Origin: Asaia bogorensis
Lineage (GTDB): Bacteria; Pseudomonadota; Alphaproteobacteria; Reyranellales; Reyranellaceae
Reading direction: 5' to 3'
Length of the DNA: 64,000 nucleotides
NCBI GenBank assembly: GCA_945889625.1
Contig: CAMDCE010000010.1
Span: 10,637-74,636 of the forward strand
In this document: positions 9,608-20,482 of the stretch, piece by piece
Position numbering within the stretch: the first letter of the stretch is position 1
How the letters are laid out: every line of letters starts with the position of its first letter
Notes under the pieces: model-generated
Seen by the model: the letters and a program-made list of their open reading frames with translations, nothing else
Databases searched by the model: none
Told to the model about the DNA's origin: nothing
Position numbers and translations under genes: made by a program

Positions 9608-10462
9608 ATGACTGTCCCCTCCCTCCCAACCGTCATGCTCGAACCGCTGGTCCGCGCAGCGCTTCTGGAAGACCTCGGCCGCGGCGGCGACGTCACCACC
9701 GACGCCGTCGTGCCGGCACAGGCGCGCGCCGAAACCGCGCTGGTCGCACGCCAGCCTGGCGTGGTGGCCGGGCTCGACCTCGCCTGCCTCGCCTTTCGCC
9801 TGGTCGAGCCGGCGATCGAGATCAGGATCGAACGCCCGGACGGCACGCGGCTGGCGCCGGGCGACCGGGTCGCCACCATCGAGGGCCCGGCGCGCGGCGT
9901 GTTGACGGCCGAGCGCGTGGCCTTGAACTTCCTTGGCCATCTCAGCGGCGTCGCCAGCGCCACGGCGACGCTGGTCGAAGCGGTGAAGGGCCACAAGGCG
10001 CGCATCTGCTGCACGCGCAAGACCATGCCCGGCTTGCGCGCCGTCCAGAAATACGCAGTCCGCGTCGGCGGCGGCGCCAATCACCGGCTGGGGCTCGACG
10101 ATGCCGTGCTGATCAAGGACAACCACGTTGCCGCGGCCGGCGGCATCAAGGCGGCGATCCTGGCGGCACGCTCGAGTGTCGGCCATCTGGTGAAGATTGA
10201 GGTCGAAGTCGACACGCTGGCGCAGCTCTCCGAAGCGCTGGCCGTCGGCATCGATGCGGTCCTGCTCGACAATATGAAGCCCGACGAACTCGCCAAGGCC
10301 GTCCGCATGATCGACGGCCGCGCCATTGCCGAAGCCTCCGGCCGCATCACGCCCAAGACGGCACCGGCCATTGCCGCGAGCGGCGTCGATCTGATCTCGG
10401 CCGGCTGGCTGACCCACAGCGCCAGTGTCCTCGATATCGGCCTGGACTGGCGCGGGAACTAG
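9608..10462 (+). CDS. nadC: nicotinate-nucleotide diphosphorylase (carboxylating)
   Basis: ALLEDLG...GDVTT, TAERVALNFL, CTRKT, HRLGLDDAVLIKDNH, LLDNM. Confidence 0.97.
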   Translation: MTVPSLPTVMLEPLVRAALLEDLGRGGDVTTDAVVPAQARAETALVARQPGVVAGLDLACLAFRLVEPAIEIRIERPDGTRLAPGDRVATIEGPARGVLTAERVALNFLGHLSGVASATATLVEAVKGHKARICCTRKTMPGLRAVQKYAVRVGGGANHRLGLDDAVLIKDNHVAAAGGIKAAILAARSSVGHLVKIEVEVDTLAQLSEALAVGIDAVLLDNMKPDELAKAVRMIDGRAIAEASGRITPKTAPAIAASGVDLISAGWLTHSASVLDIGLDWRGN

Positions 10463-11943
10463 GGAAATACCGGGTCGCCGTAGGGATAGAACTTCTTCAG
10501 GTTGACGTTCTTGTAGGGCAGCCCTTCGAGCCGCACCGTGCCGAGGAACGGCTCGACAGGCTCGACCAGCAGGATGGTCTTGGCAAATCCTGAATCGTCG
10601 AAGCCACGCCGGAAGTGGACCCGCGACTTGATAGCGATCACCTTGAACGAGGCGACGTCGAAGCCGAGCGCGTTCAACGGCAGGGGCTCCTGGACCTGCA
10701 CGAGGTGGCGGCTCAGCACCAGCACGTTGTTGCGACCGAACTTCACCACGACACAGAGCTGGCCGTAGCCCTCGACGGCGTTCATCACGATGCCCTTGAT
10801 GCGCACCGGCTGGCCGGCCGATTCGTCGACCACGCCGCCCACGTCGTAGTCAAAGGCGTCGCCCGCCTTCGTGCCCTTGGCCTTCAAGGCGTCGCTGAGC
10901 CTGGCGTCGGCGATGGTGGCAAACAGCACGCCCTCGAGTTCCTGCTCGATCACCTCCTTGAGGATCCACGTGGCGGAGCCGGAGCGGTCGCTATGGTCGG
11001 CCAGCACGACTGGCGTCGCGCCGCGTGCCACGGCCTGCTTGGCGAGCGTCACGCCCTCGGGAATCAGATGGACCTTGCCCGCCTTGACCAGCGCCTCGCG
11101 CTGCCGCCACGCCCAACCGGCCATGTCATCGGCGACCTTGCGCGCCAGCTCGAGCTTGCCGTTGCTCATCGCCTGGATGGTCATGCCGGCGTCGGGCACA
11201 TCGGCGAAGGGAAAGCTGAAAAAGACATTCACGTAGACGTCGGGCTCGCGCGCCTCCCAGGTGAGTGCGCGCTGCACCAGGTCCATCCACGGCGAGGCGC
11301 CGGTCCATTGCACGACGGTCGGCGTGATGATCGGCAGCTTCACCGTGACGGTGGCGGGCTTGTAGTCGCCGCGGATCGCCCGCACCAGCATGCGCGCCGC
11401 GCGCTCGCCCTGGAGGTACATGTCGTAGTGCGGGAAATATTTCACGCAGAAGGCCATGTCGGCGGCGGCGAGGAATTCCTCGTCCTCGTTGCCGTGCGGA
11501 TCGAAGGTGCCGACGATAAAGGCGCCGCGTCCCACCACCTCGCGCACCCGCCGTGCGATGTCGGCCTCAGGCCTGGCCACGCCGCGCACGCCCATGGCGC
11601 CGTGCAGGCTGAGATAGACACCGTCCCATTTACCGCCGGCCTTGAGCTCGGCGATCATCTTGCCGAGAAAGCTCTCATAGGCCTCCTCGGCGATCCAGCC
11701 GGAAGCCGTGCCGGTCTTGGGCCACAGCGGCGATTCGATGCCGACCAGCTCGACCCCGTCATGCTCGCGCGCCACCTTCACGAAGCCGCCCATGTAGAAC
11801 TTGGGATCGTGCGCCAGCAACGCCTCGCCCTTGGCCGGCGAGCCCTCATAGAGAAAGTCCTCGAGCGTGGTGTCGTTCTTGAGGAACGTCACGGTCTCGT
11901 GGGAGAAATGCAGGACGGCAATGCGGATCGGCTGGCGGCTCAT
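10459..11943 (-). CDS. M81 family metallopeptidase (MlrC-like)
   Basis: RIAVLHFSHET, DGVYLSLHGAM, DPHGN, KYFPHYD, IAIKSRVHFR. Confidence 0.88.
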   Translation of the reverse strand: MSRQPIRIAVLHFSHETVTFLKNDTTLEDFLYEGSPAKGEALLAHDPKFYMGGFVKVAREHDGVELVGIESPLWPKTGTASGWIAEEAYESFLGKMIAELKAGGKWDGVYLSLHGAMGVRGVARPEADIARRVREVVGRGAFIVGTFDPHGNEDEEFLAAADMAFCVKYFPHYDMYLQGERAARMLVRAIRGDYKPATVTVKLPIITPTVVQWTGASPWMDLVQRALTWEAREPDVYVNVFFSFPFADVPDAGMTIQAMSNGKLELARKVADDMAGWAWRQREALVKAGKVHLIPEGVTLAKQAVARGATPVVLADHSDRSGSATWILKEVIEQELEGVLFATIADARLSDALKAKGTKAGDAFDYDVGGVVDESAGQPVRIKGIVMNAVEGYGQLCVVVKFGRNNVLVLSRHLVQVQEPLPLNALGFDVASFKVIAIKSRVHFRRGFDDSGFAKTILLVEPVEPFLGTVRLEGLPYKNVNLKKFYPYGDPVFP

Positions 11944-11970
11944 CCGACCGTTTTACTAGGGAGGCGACAA

Positions 11971-13077
11971 ATGGCAAATCGCGTCATCGACGCCGACGGC
12001 CACATCTGCGAGCCGCCCGCGGTGTGGAACGACTATATCGAGAAGCGCTACCGCGCCGATGCGATTCGCGTGGAGCGCGACAGCGACGGCCGCGACTGGA
12101 TCTCGGTCAATGGCGCGATGCGGCGTAATCTGCGTCCGGCGGCCGCTTGCGTGCCGTGGGGCATGGACGATCCCAACAACGTGCCGAGCTGGGGAGACAT
12201 CCTGCCCGGCTCCTACGACGGCGGGGCGCGCGCCACCGTGCTGGAAGAGGAAGGGATCGAGCGCTCGCTGCTCTATCCCTCGCTCTATCTCATCGCCGGC
12301 GACATCGAGGATCCCGCGGTCGCTGCCGCCGCCTGCCGCGGCTACAACGAATGGATCTCCGACATGTGCCGCGACGGGCGTGGCAAGCTTCAGGCGGTCG
12401 GTATCGTGCCCTTGCAGAACGTCGAGGCCGCGACCCGCGAGGTCGAGCACATCGCCAAACTCGGCCTGAAGGGCGTCTGCTTCCGGCCCGAGCGCTACAA
12501 GGGGCTGGCGCTTTACGATGACGCGCTGAAGCCGTTCTGGGAGCGCGTCGCAGGCAACGGCCTGTTCGCCGCCGTCCACGGCAGCTTCGGCGCTCTGATG
12601 CCGAGCTTCGCCACCGGCCGTTACGACAACCTGTTCTTCAGCCACATGATCTGCCATCCCTTCGAGCAGATGGCGGCGATGCTCGACATCGTCGCCGGCG
12701 GCGTGCTCGAGCGGCATCCGAGGCTGCGCGTCGCTTTTCTCGAGTCAGGCCTGGGCTGGCTCGAATACTGGCTCGACCGGCTGGACGGCCATTTCAACTC
12801 GATGGGCCAGCACGTGCCGTGGCTGAAGCGCAGGCCGACCGAGCTGTTCCGCGAACAGTGCTTCATCTCCATCGAGTCGGACGAGGCGCACCGCCTGCCG
12901 CGACTCAAGGAGATGGGGATCGAACACTGCGTGTTCTGGGGCGCCGATTACCCCCACTACGACTGCACGTACCCCGGCGCGGTAACGGAACTGGAGAAGA
13001 ACCTGGCGCCGATCGAGCCCGCACTGGCCGATGGCGTGCGTTGGCGGACGGCCGAACGGTTTCTCGGATTGAAGTGA
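11971..13077 (+). CDS. amidohydrolase family (amidohydro_2) protein
   Basis: VIDADGHICEP, YNEWISD, VHG, AFLESGLGW, WGADYPHYD; GGGAGG RBS before ATG 11971. Confidence 0.88.
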   Translation: MANRVIDADGHICEPPAVWNDYIEKRYRADAIRVERDSDGRDWISVNGAMRRNLRPAAACVPWGMDDPNNVPSWGDILPGSYDGGARATVLEEEGIERSLLYPSLYLIAGDIEDPAVAAAACRGYNEWISDMCRDGRGKLQAVGIVPLQNVEAATREVEHIAKLGLKGVCFRPERYKGLALYDDALKPFWERVAGNGLFAAVHGSFGALMPSFATGRYDNLFFSHMICHPFEQMAAMLDIVAGGVLERHPRLRVAFLESGLGWLEYWLDRLDGHFNSMGQHVPWLKRRPTELFREQCFISIESDEAHRLPRLKEMGIEHCVFWGADYPHYDCTYPGAVTELEKNLAPIEPALADGVRWRTAERFLGLK

Positions 13078-13103
13078 AGCGCTTGCGGGCATTCGAATGC
13101 GGC

Positions 13104-13555
13104 TTAGTTGCCGACCGAGCAGCTCTTGTGCATCTCGCCGCAGACCCGCATCACCGCCGCGATTACGCGCGATGTCGTGGGCGTCTCGTGGGGTCCGGCC
13201 GTGCCGGCGACATAGAGCTGCGAGACCTCGTCGCTCAGCGCCACCACGTGGAGGGTGGCGGTGCGATCGCCCTCGGCGACCTGAAGCCGGTGCTGAGCGG
13301 CATCGACCATGATCATGTGGAGCGCGGTGTTCTTGCGCGCGTGATCGAGCGCCACGGCGAAGACCTTGGCGGCCGGCGCCTCGAGAATGACCGAGGCGAA
13401 GTCATAGCCAGGACGGTTGCCCTGCTGGCCCTCGGCCATGTGATGAATGCGGCCGGCAGCCTTGCGCGCGAGGAAGACCCACTGCGCCTCGGCCGATGCC
13501 AGCGGCAGGACGGTCAGCAGCAGGATACCGACGAGCGCGATTTTGGTTTTCACGA

Positions 13556-13559
<4 letters not shown>
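13104..13559 (-). CDS. hypothetical secreted protein
   Basis: Signal peptide ending AEA-Q; coupled to the hbd stop (ATGA overlap). Confidence 0.7.
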
Positions 13560-14428
<869 letters not shown>

Positions 14429-14466
14429 GATGGGTACCCCTAAATCTTCCCGTGTGTCGGGTTACG

Positions 14467-15402
14467 CTACTTTTTCCCGACCGCGGCGGTCAGCTCGGGG
14501 ACGATCTGGAAGAGATCTCCGACGATGCCGTAGTCGGCAACCTGGAAGATCGGCGCTTCCTCGTCCTTGTTGATCGCCACGATGGTCTTGCTGTCCTTCA
14601 TGCCGGCGAGATGCTGGATGGCGCCGGAGATGCCGATGGCGATGTAGAGATCGGGCGCCACCACCTTGCCGGTCTGGCCGACCTGGTAGTCGTTCGGCAC
14701 GTAGCCGGCATCGACCGCGGCGCGACTGGCGCCCAGGCCCGCACCGAGCTTGTCGGCCAGCGCTTCCAGGATCTTGAAGTTCTCGCCGCTCGCCAGTCCG
14801 CGGCCGCCCGACACGACGATCTTGGCCGAGGTGAGTTCCGGCCGCTCGCTCTTGGAGAGCTCGGCGCCGACGTAGGACGACAGGCCCTTGGCGCCCTCGC
14901 CGCCGATCTGCTCGATCGCCGCGGCTCCGCTGCCGGTAGCTGCCTTGAAGTTGGTCGGGCGGATGGTGACGATCTTGATCTTGTCGCCGCTCTGCACGGT
15001 GGCCATGGCGTTTCCGGCGTAGATCGGCCGAACGAAGGTGTCGGGCGAGACGACCTTGATCGCCTCGGAGACCTGGCCGACGTCGAGCAGGGCTGCCACT
15101 CGCGGCGCCACGTTCTTGCCGACCGAATCGGCTGCCATGACGACGTGGCTATAGTTGGCGGCAAGCTTGACGACGAGTGGCGCGATGTCCTCGGCCACCC
15201 AGTTGGCATAGGCCGCGTCCTCGGCCTGCAGCACCTTGGCGACGCCCGGAATGGCGGCGGCAGCCTTGGCGGCCTCGCCGCATTCCTTGCCGGCCACCAG
15301 CACGGTGACGTCGGAGCCCATCTGGCCCGCGGCGGCCACGGCGTTGGCGACATTGGCGCGAACGGTCTTGCCGTCATGCGCGGCGACAACGAGAACGGCC
15401 AT
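14467..15402 (-). CDS. etfA: electron transfer flavoprotein alpha subunit
   Basis: [43 protein letters not shown]. Confidence 0.97.
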   Translation of the reverse strand: MAVLVVAAHDGKTVRANVANAVAAAGQMGSDVTVLVAGKECGEAAKAAAAIPGVAKVLQAEDAAYANWVAEDIAPLVVKLAANYSHVVMAADSVGKNVAPRVAALLDVGQVSEAIKVVSPDTFVRPIYAGNAMATVQSGDKIKIVTIRPTNFKAATGSGAAAIEQIGGEGAKGLSSYVGAELSKSERPELTSAKIVVSGGRGLASGENFKILEALADKLGAGLGASRAAVDAGYVPNDYQVGQTGKVVAPDLYIAIGISGAIQHLAGMKDSKTIVAINKDEEAPIFQVADYGIVGDLFQIVPELTAAVGKK

Positions 15403-15403
15403 G

Positions 15404-16153
15404 TCAGATCACTCCCGCTTCGTTCTTCAGCTTGTCGACCAGCTCGGCCACCGTCTTGACCTTGATGCCGGACTTGCGCTTGGGCGGCTCCTCGACCTTG
15501 AGCGTCTTGAGCCGCGGCGCGACGTCGACGCCCAGCGCGTCGGGCGCCAGCACTTCGATCGGCTTCTTCTTGGCCTTCATGATGTTGGGCAGCGAAGCGT
15601 AGCGCGGCTCGTTCAGCCTGAGATCGGTGGTGATCACCGCCGGCAGCTTGATCTTGATGTTCTCGAGACCGCCATCGACCTCGCGCTTGACCTCGGCCGA
15701 ACCGTCGGCGACGTGCAGCTTGTTGGCGAAGGTGCCCTGCGACCAGCCGAGCAGGGCGGCCAGCATCTGGCCGGTCTGGTTGGAATCGTCGTCGATCGCC
15801 TGCTTGCCGACGATCACCATGCCGGGCTGCTCCTTGTCGACCACCGCCTTCATCAACTTGGCGACGGCGAGGGGCTGCAGTTCGGCGTCGGTCTGGACCA
15901 GGACGCCGCGGTCGGCGCCCATGGCGAGGGCCGTGCGGATGGTCTCCTGGCACTGCGCGACGCCGGCGGAAAAGACGATGACCTCGGTCGCGATCCCCTT
16001 CTCTCTCATGCGGATCGCCTCTTCCACGGCGATCTCATCGAACGGGTTCATCGACATCTTGACGTTGGCCGTCTCGACGCCCGTGTTGTCGGCCTTGACG
16101 CGGATCTTGACGTTGTAGTCGATGACCCGCTTGACCCCGACGAGCACTTTCAT
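15404..16153 (-). CDS. etfB: electron transfer flavoprotein beta subunit
   Basis: [52 protein letters not shown]; start at ATG 16153. Confidence 0.97.
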   Translation of the reverse strand: MKVLVGVKRVIDYNVKIRVKADNTGVETANVKMSMNPFDEIAVEEAIRMREKGIATEVIVFSAGVAQCQETIRTALAMGADRGVLVQTDAELQPLAVAKLMKAVVDKEQPGMVIVGKQAIDDDSNQTGQMLAALLGWSQGTFANKLHVADGSAEVKREVDGGLENIKIKLPAVITTDLRLNEPRYASLPNIMKAKKKPIEVLAPDALGVDVAPRLKTLKVEEPPKRKSGIKVKTVAELVDKLKNEAGVI

Positions 16154-16208
16154 CGCGTTTACGCCTATGGTGAGTTGCGCCGGGTCCCGGCCCGACGAAG
16201 GGGTTTTC

Positions 16209-16257
16209 GTGTAGGGGCGTTCAGCCGACCATGTCAAGGCTATGGCGCACTGCACAA
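16209..16257 (-). promoter_or_regulatory. etfB promoter with adjacent PhaR-type box
   Basis: Minus strand TTGACA (16237-16232)-N17-CTACAC; CGCACTGCACAA at 16246-16257 is an 11/12 match to TGCRNYGCASMA. Confidence 0.6.
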
Positions 16258-16323
16258 AATCGCAGGGCGAACGAATTTACATATATTTTTCAACATTGTA
16301 GGCGGACGTTCTCCCAAAACACC

Positions 16324-16396
16324 GTGTCATCCCGAGCGACGCGAGGGACCTTTCGCGGCGCCAATCAAGGGTCCCTCGCTTCGCTCGGGATGGCAC
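16324..16396. repeat. REP-like inverted repeat, TGTCATCC(C/T)GAGCG family (copy A)
   Basis: GTGTCATCCCGAGCGACGCGAGGGACC...GGTCCCTCGCTTCGCTCGGGATGGCAC. Confidence 0.85.
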
Positions 16397-16422
16397 TCTG
16401 GTCTGATCAACAACGAACCCTC

Positions 16423-17013
16423 CTAACGCGCTCCGCCAGGAACCCAGAGCACATCCGACGCGCCGTTGTCGTTGAGGCGACGGGAGAGCACGAACAGGTG
16501 ATCGGACAGGCGATTGATGTATTTGATCGCCTCGGCGTTGACCGGCTGCCTGGCGGCGAGCGCCGTCATGCGCCGCTCGGCCCGGCGCGCCACGGTGCGC
16601 GCCAGATGCAGCAAGGCCGCCGCCTCGCCGCCGCCTGGCAAGATGAACGACGTGAGCGGCTTCAGCTCGCCGTTCATGCCGTCGATCTCGTGTTCCAGCC
16701 GCTCGACCTGCGACGGTACGATGCGTAGCGCCGTCGTGCCCTTCCGGCTCTTGCCTTCCATCGTGCAGAGATCGGCACCGAGATCGAACAGGTCGTTCTG
16801 GATGCGGGCCAGCATGGCGTCTGCCGCGGCCAGCCGTGCGTTCTTCTTGCTGCCGGCGATGGCGGTGCGCGCCAGGCCCACGACCGCGTTGGCTTCGTCG
16901 ACGGTACCGTAGGCTTCGACCCGCAGATCGTGCTTGGCGACCCGCTCGCCACGACCGAGCGAAGTTTTGCCCTTGTCTCCGCCCCTCGTGTAGATGCGGG
17001 TCAGCTTGACCAT
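16423..17013 (-). CDS. PduO-type cob(I)alamin adenosyltransferase
   Basis: MVKLTRIYTRGGDKG, YGTVDEAN, IQNDLFDLGADL, FILPGG, RRAER, YINRLSD. Confidence 0.93.
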   Translation of the reverse strand: MVKLTRIYTRGGDKGKTSLGRGERVAKHDLRVEAYGTVDEANAVVGLARTAIAGSKKNARLAAADAMLARIQNDLFDLGADLCTMEGKSRKGTTALRIVPSQVERLEHEIDGMNGELKPLTSFILPGGGEAAALLHLARTVARRAERRMTALAARQPVNAEAIKYINRLSDHLFVLSRRLNDNGASDVLWVPGGAR

Positions 17014-17018
17014 CGGCT

Positions 17019-17231
17019 TTAGCCCCGGCTTGCGAGATACCACAGAAGAATGAGGATGATGGTGAGGAACTGCAGGCGCACGCGCCACCACATCATGCGG
17101 TTGCTGCCGCGCGCCCGCTCGACGCTGTCGGCGGGGCCGCGCGCCATGCCGATGAGGCCGGCAAACAGCACGCCGAGCGTGGCGAGACCCGACACGATCA
17201 CCAGGACGAACAGGATGCTCTCGAGCTTCAT
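17019..17231 (-). CDS. twin-transmembrane-helix small protein (HIG1 domain)
   Basis: Two hydrophobic helices with SNRMMWWRVRLQ; usual position upstream of pduO-etf. Confidence 0.8.
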   Translation of the reverse strand: MKLESILFVLVIVSGLATLGVLFAGLIGMARGPADSVERARGSNRMMWWRVRLQFLTIILILLWYLASRG

Positions 17232-17240
17232 GGGCTCCTC

Positions 17241-18662
17241 CTATCCTTCATTGTGCCGGCCGGCACCAGTCCGCGCGGCCGCCCACGGCCGGTTCGCGCG
17301 CGACGCCGCGGCGCCGGTCGCGGCCTTGAAGATCGCCTCGGCGGTCTGCTCGCCCGACCACAGGGCTGCGTGCACCGTGCCATATTCGACCGGCTCGGTC
17401 GCCTCGCCGGCAAAAAAGACACGGCCGCCGAGCGGCCGGGCATGGATCTCGCGGTCTTCCGGAGCGCTGCCGACGCCGGGATAGGAATAGCCACCGAGCG
17501 ACCATGGATCGGAGAGCCAGCGTGGAAACAGCATCGCTTCGGGTTCGGGGATGTCGTCACCGAACATCTTGCGCAGCGACGCCATCGCCACCTCCCTGAC
17601 CTCGGCATCGCTCGCCGAACGGTCGAGACGCGCGGCGGTCGCTCCGTTGGAAAAGCTCAGCAGGATCGGCAACCCGGTCTCGCCGAGATGGCTCACCCAG
17701 GTGTTGAAGGTGCCGCGCCGGTCCGGCGCGTCGGGCAGGCGGCCGAACCATTTCGGATGCTCCGGCCAGAAGCGGCGCGGAAAGCGCAGGTAGATCTTGC
17801 CCAGCACCCCCGCGCCATAGCCCAGGCGGCCGATCGCGATCCGCTGATCCTCGGGCGGCAGTGGATCGAGCGTCGGCAGGCCGGCGCGCAGCAGACCGAG
17901 CGGCACGGTGATCAGCGCGCGGTCGGCCTCGATCGTCTCGCCGCCTTGCAGGATCGCGCGGACGCCCGAGCCGCTCCAGGCCAGCCGCTGCACCGCCGCT
18001 GCGAACCGCACCTCGAGACCTCGCGCGGCATCCTCGAGCAGCGGATGGAAGCCGCCTTTCGGCTGGGCGTTGCGCTCCAACCCTTCGCTGGGAAACCATT
18101 CCTCGACCGACACGGCATCGTAGGGTGCGCCCTGCACGCCTTCGCTCATCTCGACGAAGGTCGCGATCACGAGCTTGTCGACTTCCGGCAGCCACGCGGC
18201 GCGGAGCAGCGGATCGACGGCCTGTTTGACCGAGATCGAGCGCGGCCCGTTGACCGCGGTCATGGCCTTGCTCTTCCAGCTCGCCCATTCGATGGCGGTC
18301 TTGAAGGCGGCGCGTCCCAGCACGGCGCGTTTGCGTTGGCCCTCGCGCGTCGGTGCCGTCGCACGCTTGTCGATCAGCAGGCGGTCGCCCCGGTTCTCGA
18401 CCAGAGCGACGCCGAGCTTGTCGCACCACAAAGTCAACGGATTGCCCTCGACGCCGTGCACCCACGAACCGCCGAGATCGAGCGGTGCGCCGAGCGAATC
18501 GTCGGTCCAGGTGCGGCCGCCCAAGCGGTTGCGCGCTTCCAGCACTGTCACCGCGAACCCGCTGTCATGCAGCAGCCGCGCCGCCACCAGGCCCGCCATG
18601 CCGGCGCCGACCACGATCACCCGTTCGGGCTTCGCCGCGCCCATCGACCACGAGCCGGTCAT
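17241..18662 (-). CDS. flavin monoamine oxidase family FAD-dependent oxidoreductase
   Basis: VIVVGAGMAGL, LEARNRLGGR, DLGGSWVHG, FFAGEAT, GTVHAALWSG; ATG overlaps the HAD stop. Confidence 0.9.
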   Translation of the reverse strand: MTGSWSMGAAKPERVIVVGAGMAGLVAARLLHDSGFAVTVLEARNRLGGRTWTDDSLGAPLDLGGSWVHGVEGNPLTLWCDKLGVALVENRGDRLLIDKRATAPTREGQRKRAVLGRAAFKTAIEWASWKSKAMTAVNGPRSISVKQAVDPLLRAAWLPEVDKLVIATFVEMSEGVQGAPYDAVSVEEWFPSEGLERNAQPKGGFHPLLEDAARGLEVRFAAAVQRLAWSGSGVRAILQGGETIEADRALITVPLGLLRAGLPTLDPLPPEDQRIAIGRLGYGAGVLGKIYLRFPRRFWPEHPKWFGRLPDAPDRRGTFNTWVSHLGETGLPILLSFSNGATAARLDRSASDAEVREVAMASLRKMFGDDIPEPEAMLFPRWLSDPWSLGGYSYPGVGSAPEDREIHARPLGGRVFFAGEATEPVEYGTVHAALWSGEQTAEAIFKAATGAAASRANRPWAAARTGAGRHNEG

Positions 18663-19306
18663 TGCAGTACCAGCTCGGGAAGCTGTTTCATGTCGTTGAA
18701 CAGAAATCCGCCGGCCGCGCCCAGCCCGTCGCGGTCGGCATAAGGCGCGCCGGCATAAGCCAGCACCCGCATGCCGGCGGCGCGCGCGGCCTGGACCCCG
18801 GGCACGGAGTCCTCGACGACCACGCAGTCGAAGGGCTGCACGTTCATGGATATCGCCGCGTAAAGAAAAAGATCGGGGAACGGCTTGCCGCGCGGCACCT
18901 GGCTCGAACTGTAGATGCGGCCGCCGAACAGGTCCCACAGGCCGGTGAGGCCCAGGGTGAAACGCATCTTCTCCGGCGCGCCCGAGCTTGCCACGCATGT
19001 ATCGGCCCCCGCCGCCTGCACAGCCAGGATCGCGTCCCTGACGCCCGCAATGGGCTGAAGCGGCGCGTCGCGAAAGCTCTGATAGGTACGGGCCTGCATC
19101 TTCTCGAGGAAATCAGTCGGCAGTTTGCGGCCGAGTTCGGCCTCGCAAATCTCGACAGCGGACTTGAGCGAGCGGCCCATCAAGCGGCGCATCGTCTCCT
19201 CGACGCTCCAGTCGAGTCCCTGCGCCTCGAGCGCACCCGAAAAGCTGGTGTTGGCGAGTGGCTCGCTGTCGACCAGCACGCCGTCGCAATCGAAGATGAC
19301 CAACAA
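18659..19306 (-). CDS. HAD family phosphatase
   Basis: IFDCDGVLVDSE motif I, GKPFPDLF, VVEDSVPGV; probable TTG start after GAGG. Confidence 0.88.
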   Translation of the reverse strand: MLVIFDCDGVLVDSEPLANTSFSGALEAQGLDWSVEETMRRLMGRSLKSAVEICEAELGRKLPTDFLEKMQARTYQSFRDAPLQPIAGVRDAILAVQAAGADTCVASSGAPEKMRFTLGLTGLWDLFGGRIYSSSQVPRGKPFPDLFLYAAISMNVQPFDCVVVEDSVPGVQAARAAGMRVLAYAGAPYADRDGLGAAGGFLFNDMKQLPELVLQ

Positions 19307-19318
19307 GATAAAAACCTC

Positions 19319-19400
19319 TGTCATCCTGAGCGCAGCAAAGGATCTCACGCTCGTCAAGGACTCGACTTAACTAATGCTAGGTCCTTCGCTACGCTCGAGG
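19319..19400. repeat. REP-like inverted repeat (copy B)
   Basis: TGTCATCCTGAGCGCAGCAAAGGATCT...AGGTCCTTCGCTACGCTC; right arm degenerate. Confidence 0.8.
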
Positions 19401-19432
19401 CGGAGACTACTCCGCCGCCGACGACAACAAAC

Positions 19433-20317
19433 TCAGTAAGGCTTGTCACCCGCCACGGTGACTCTGTTTCCGCTCCTGGTATGCGGCCAGTAATCCCACA
19501 TGGCGCGGTGCTGGACGCAGCGGTTGTCCCAGAAGGCGATGGAATTCTCGCGCCAGCGGAAGCGGCACTGGAACAGCGGGTTCTCGATGTGCTCGTAGAG
19601 ATAGCGCAGGATGCCGTCGCTCTCGTCGCGCGGCACGCCGACCAGGCCACGGGTGAAGCCGCGATTGACATAGAGCGCCTTCTTGCCGGTCACCGGATGG
19701 GTGCGGATCACCGGATGCTCGGCGCGCGGGTACTTTTCCTTCTCGGCGACGCCGAAATTCTTGTAGAGGCCGCGATAGACCGACTCGCCGTCGTGGATGG
19801 CGGTCATGCCTTCGAGATAGGTCTTCATGCGGTCCGACAGCGACTCGTAGGCAGCGTACATCGAGGCGAACAGCGTGTCGCCGCCCTTGGGCGGGCAGGT
19901 CTTGATATAGAGGATGCTGCCCATCGGCGGCTCGGTATCGCAGCTCACGTCGGTATGCCAGCCCTCGCCATTGGCGCGGGGGCTGTCCTTGTCGGCATGA
20001 ATGATCATCAGCTCCGGCCGGCCGGGCTCGTGCGGCGCGGCGGGATGGACATGCAGCTCGCCGAACAGCCGGCCGAAGGCCACGTGCTGGTCAGGCGTAA
20101 TGTGCTGGTCGCGGAAGAAGATCACCGAATTTTCAGCCAGCGCGCGATGGATCTCGTCCTGCTGGCGGTTGGAGAGCGGCTGCCTGAGGTCGATGCCGGC
20201 GATCTCCGCGCCGATGATCGGCGTCAGCTTGTCGACAGCGATGGTCTCGTAGGGCGCGCTGTCGTCGCCGGTGTGGCGATAGCGGGGGCCTGAATTGCCG
20301 CGCAGGGATCCTTGCAT
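19433..20317 (-). CDS. TauD/TfdA family Fe(II)/2-oxoglutarate dioxygenase
   Basis: LTPIIGAEI, WHTD (HxD), GGDTLFA, HPVIRTHP, WDNRCVQH. Confidence 0.92.
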   Translation of the reverse strand: MQGSLRGNSGPRYRHTGDDSAPYETIAVDKLTPIIGAEIAGIDLRQPLSNRQQDEIHRALAENSVIFFRDQHITPDQHVAFGRLFGELHVHPAAPHEPGRPELMIIHADKDSPRANGEGWHTDVSCDTEPPMGSILYIKTCPPKGGDTLFASMYAAYESLSDRMKTYLEGMTAIHDGESVYRGLYKNFGVAEKEKYPRAEHPVIRTHPVTGKKALYVNRGFTRGLVGVPRDESDGILRYLYEHIENPLFQCRFRWRENSIAFWDNRCVQHRAMWDYWPHTRSGNRVTVAGDKPY

Positions 20318-20380
20318 GGCTGTCTCCTATTCGACCTTCATATTGGCTCAGCGGACCGCTTGCTTCCAGCCCGCCCATGA

Positions 20381-20482
20381 TCATTCGTCAGCGAACGGAT
20401 CGTCATCGTCGTCCTGCGGCGGGTCGTTGCGGCGGCCAAGTGGACGGCCGGGGCCGCCGGGTTCGCTTTTCTTGAAAGTCAA
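20381..20482 (-). pseudogene. DUF5681-like remnant / 33-aa small ORF
   Basis: TTG after GGAG gives MTFKKSEPGGPGRPLGRRNDPPQDDDDDPFADE; resembles the FKxGxxGxPxGRPxG motif of DUF5681. Confidence 0.45.

Noticed and set aside
10615-11970. Apparent 820-aa fusion ORF 10615-13077
   Set aside because: Only the part from ATG 11971 (with RBS) is the amidohydrolase; the rest is antisense to the MlrC-like gene
16423-17240. Possible cobalamin riboswitch near the adenosyltransferase
   Set aside because: Intergenic gaps are 5-9 bp and no B12-box-like sequence was seen
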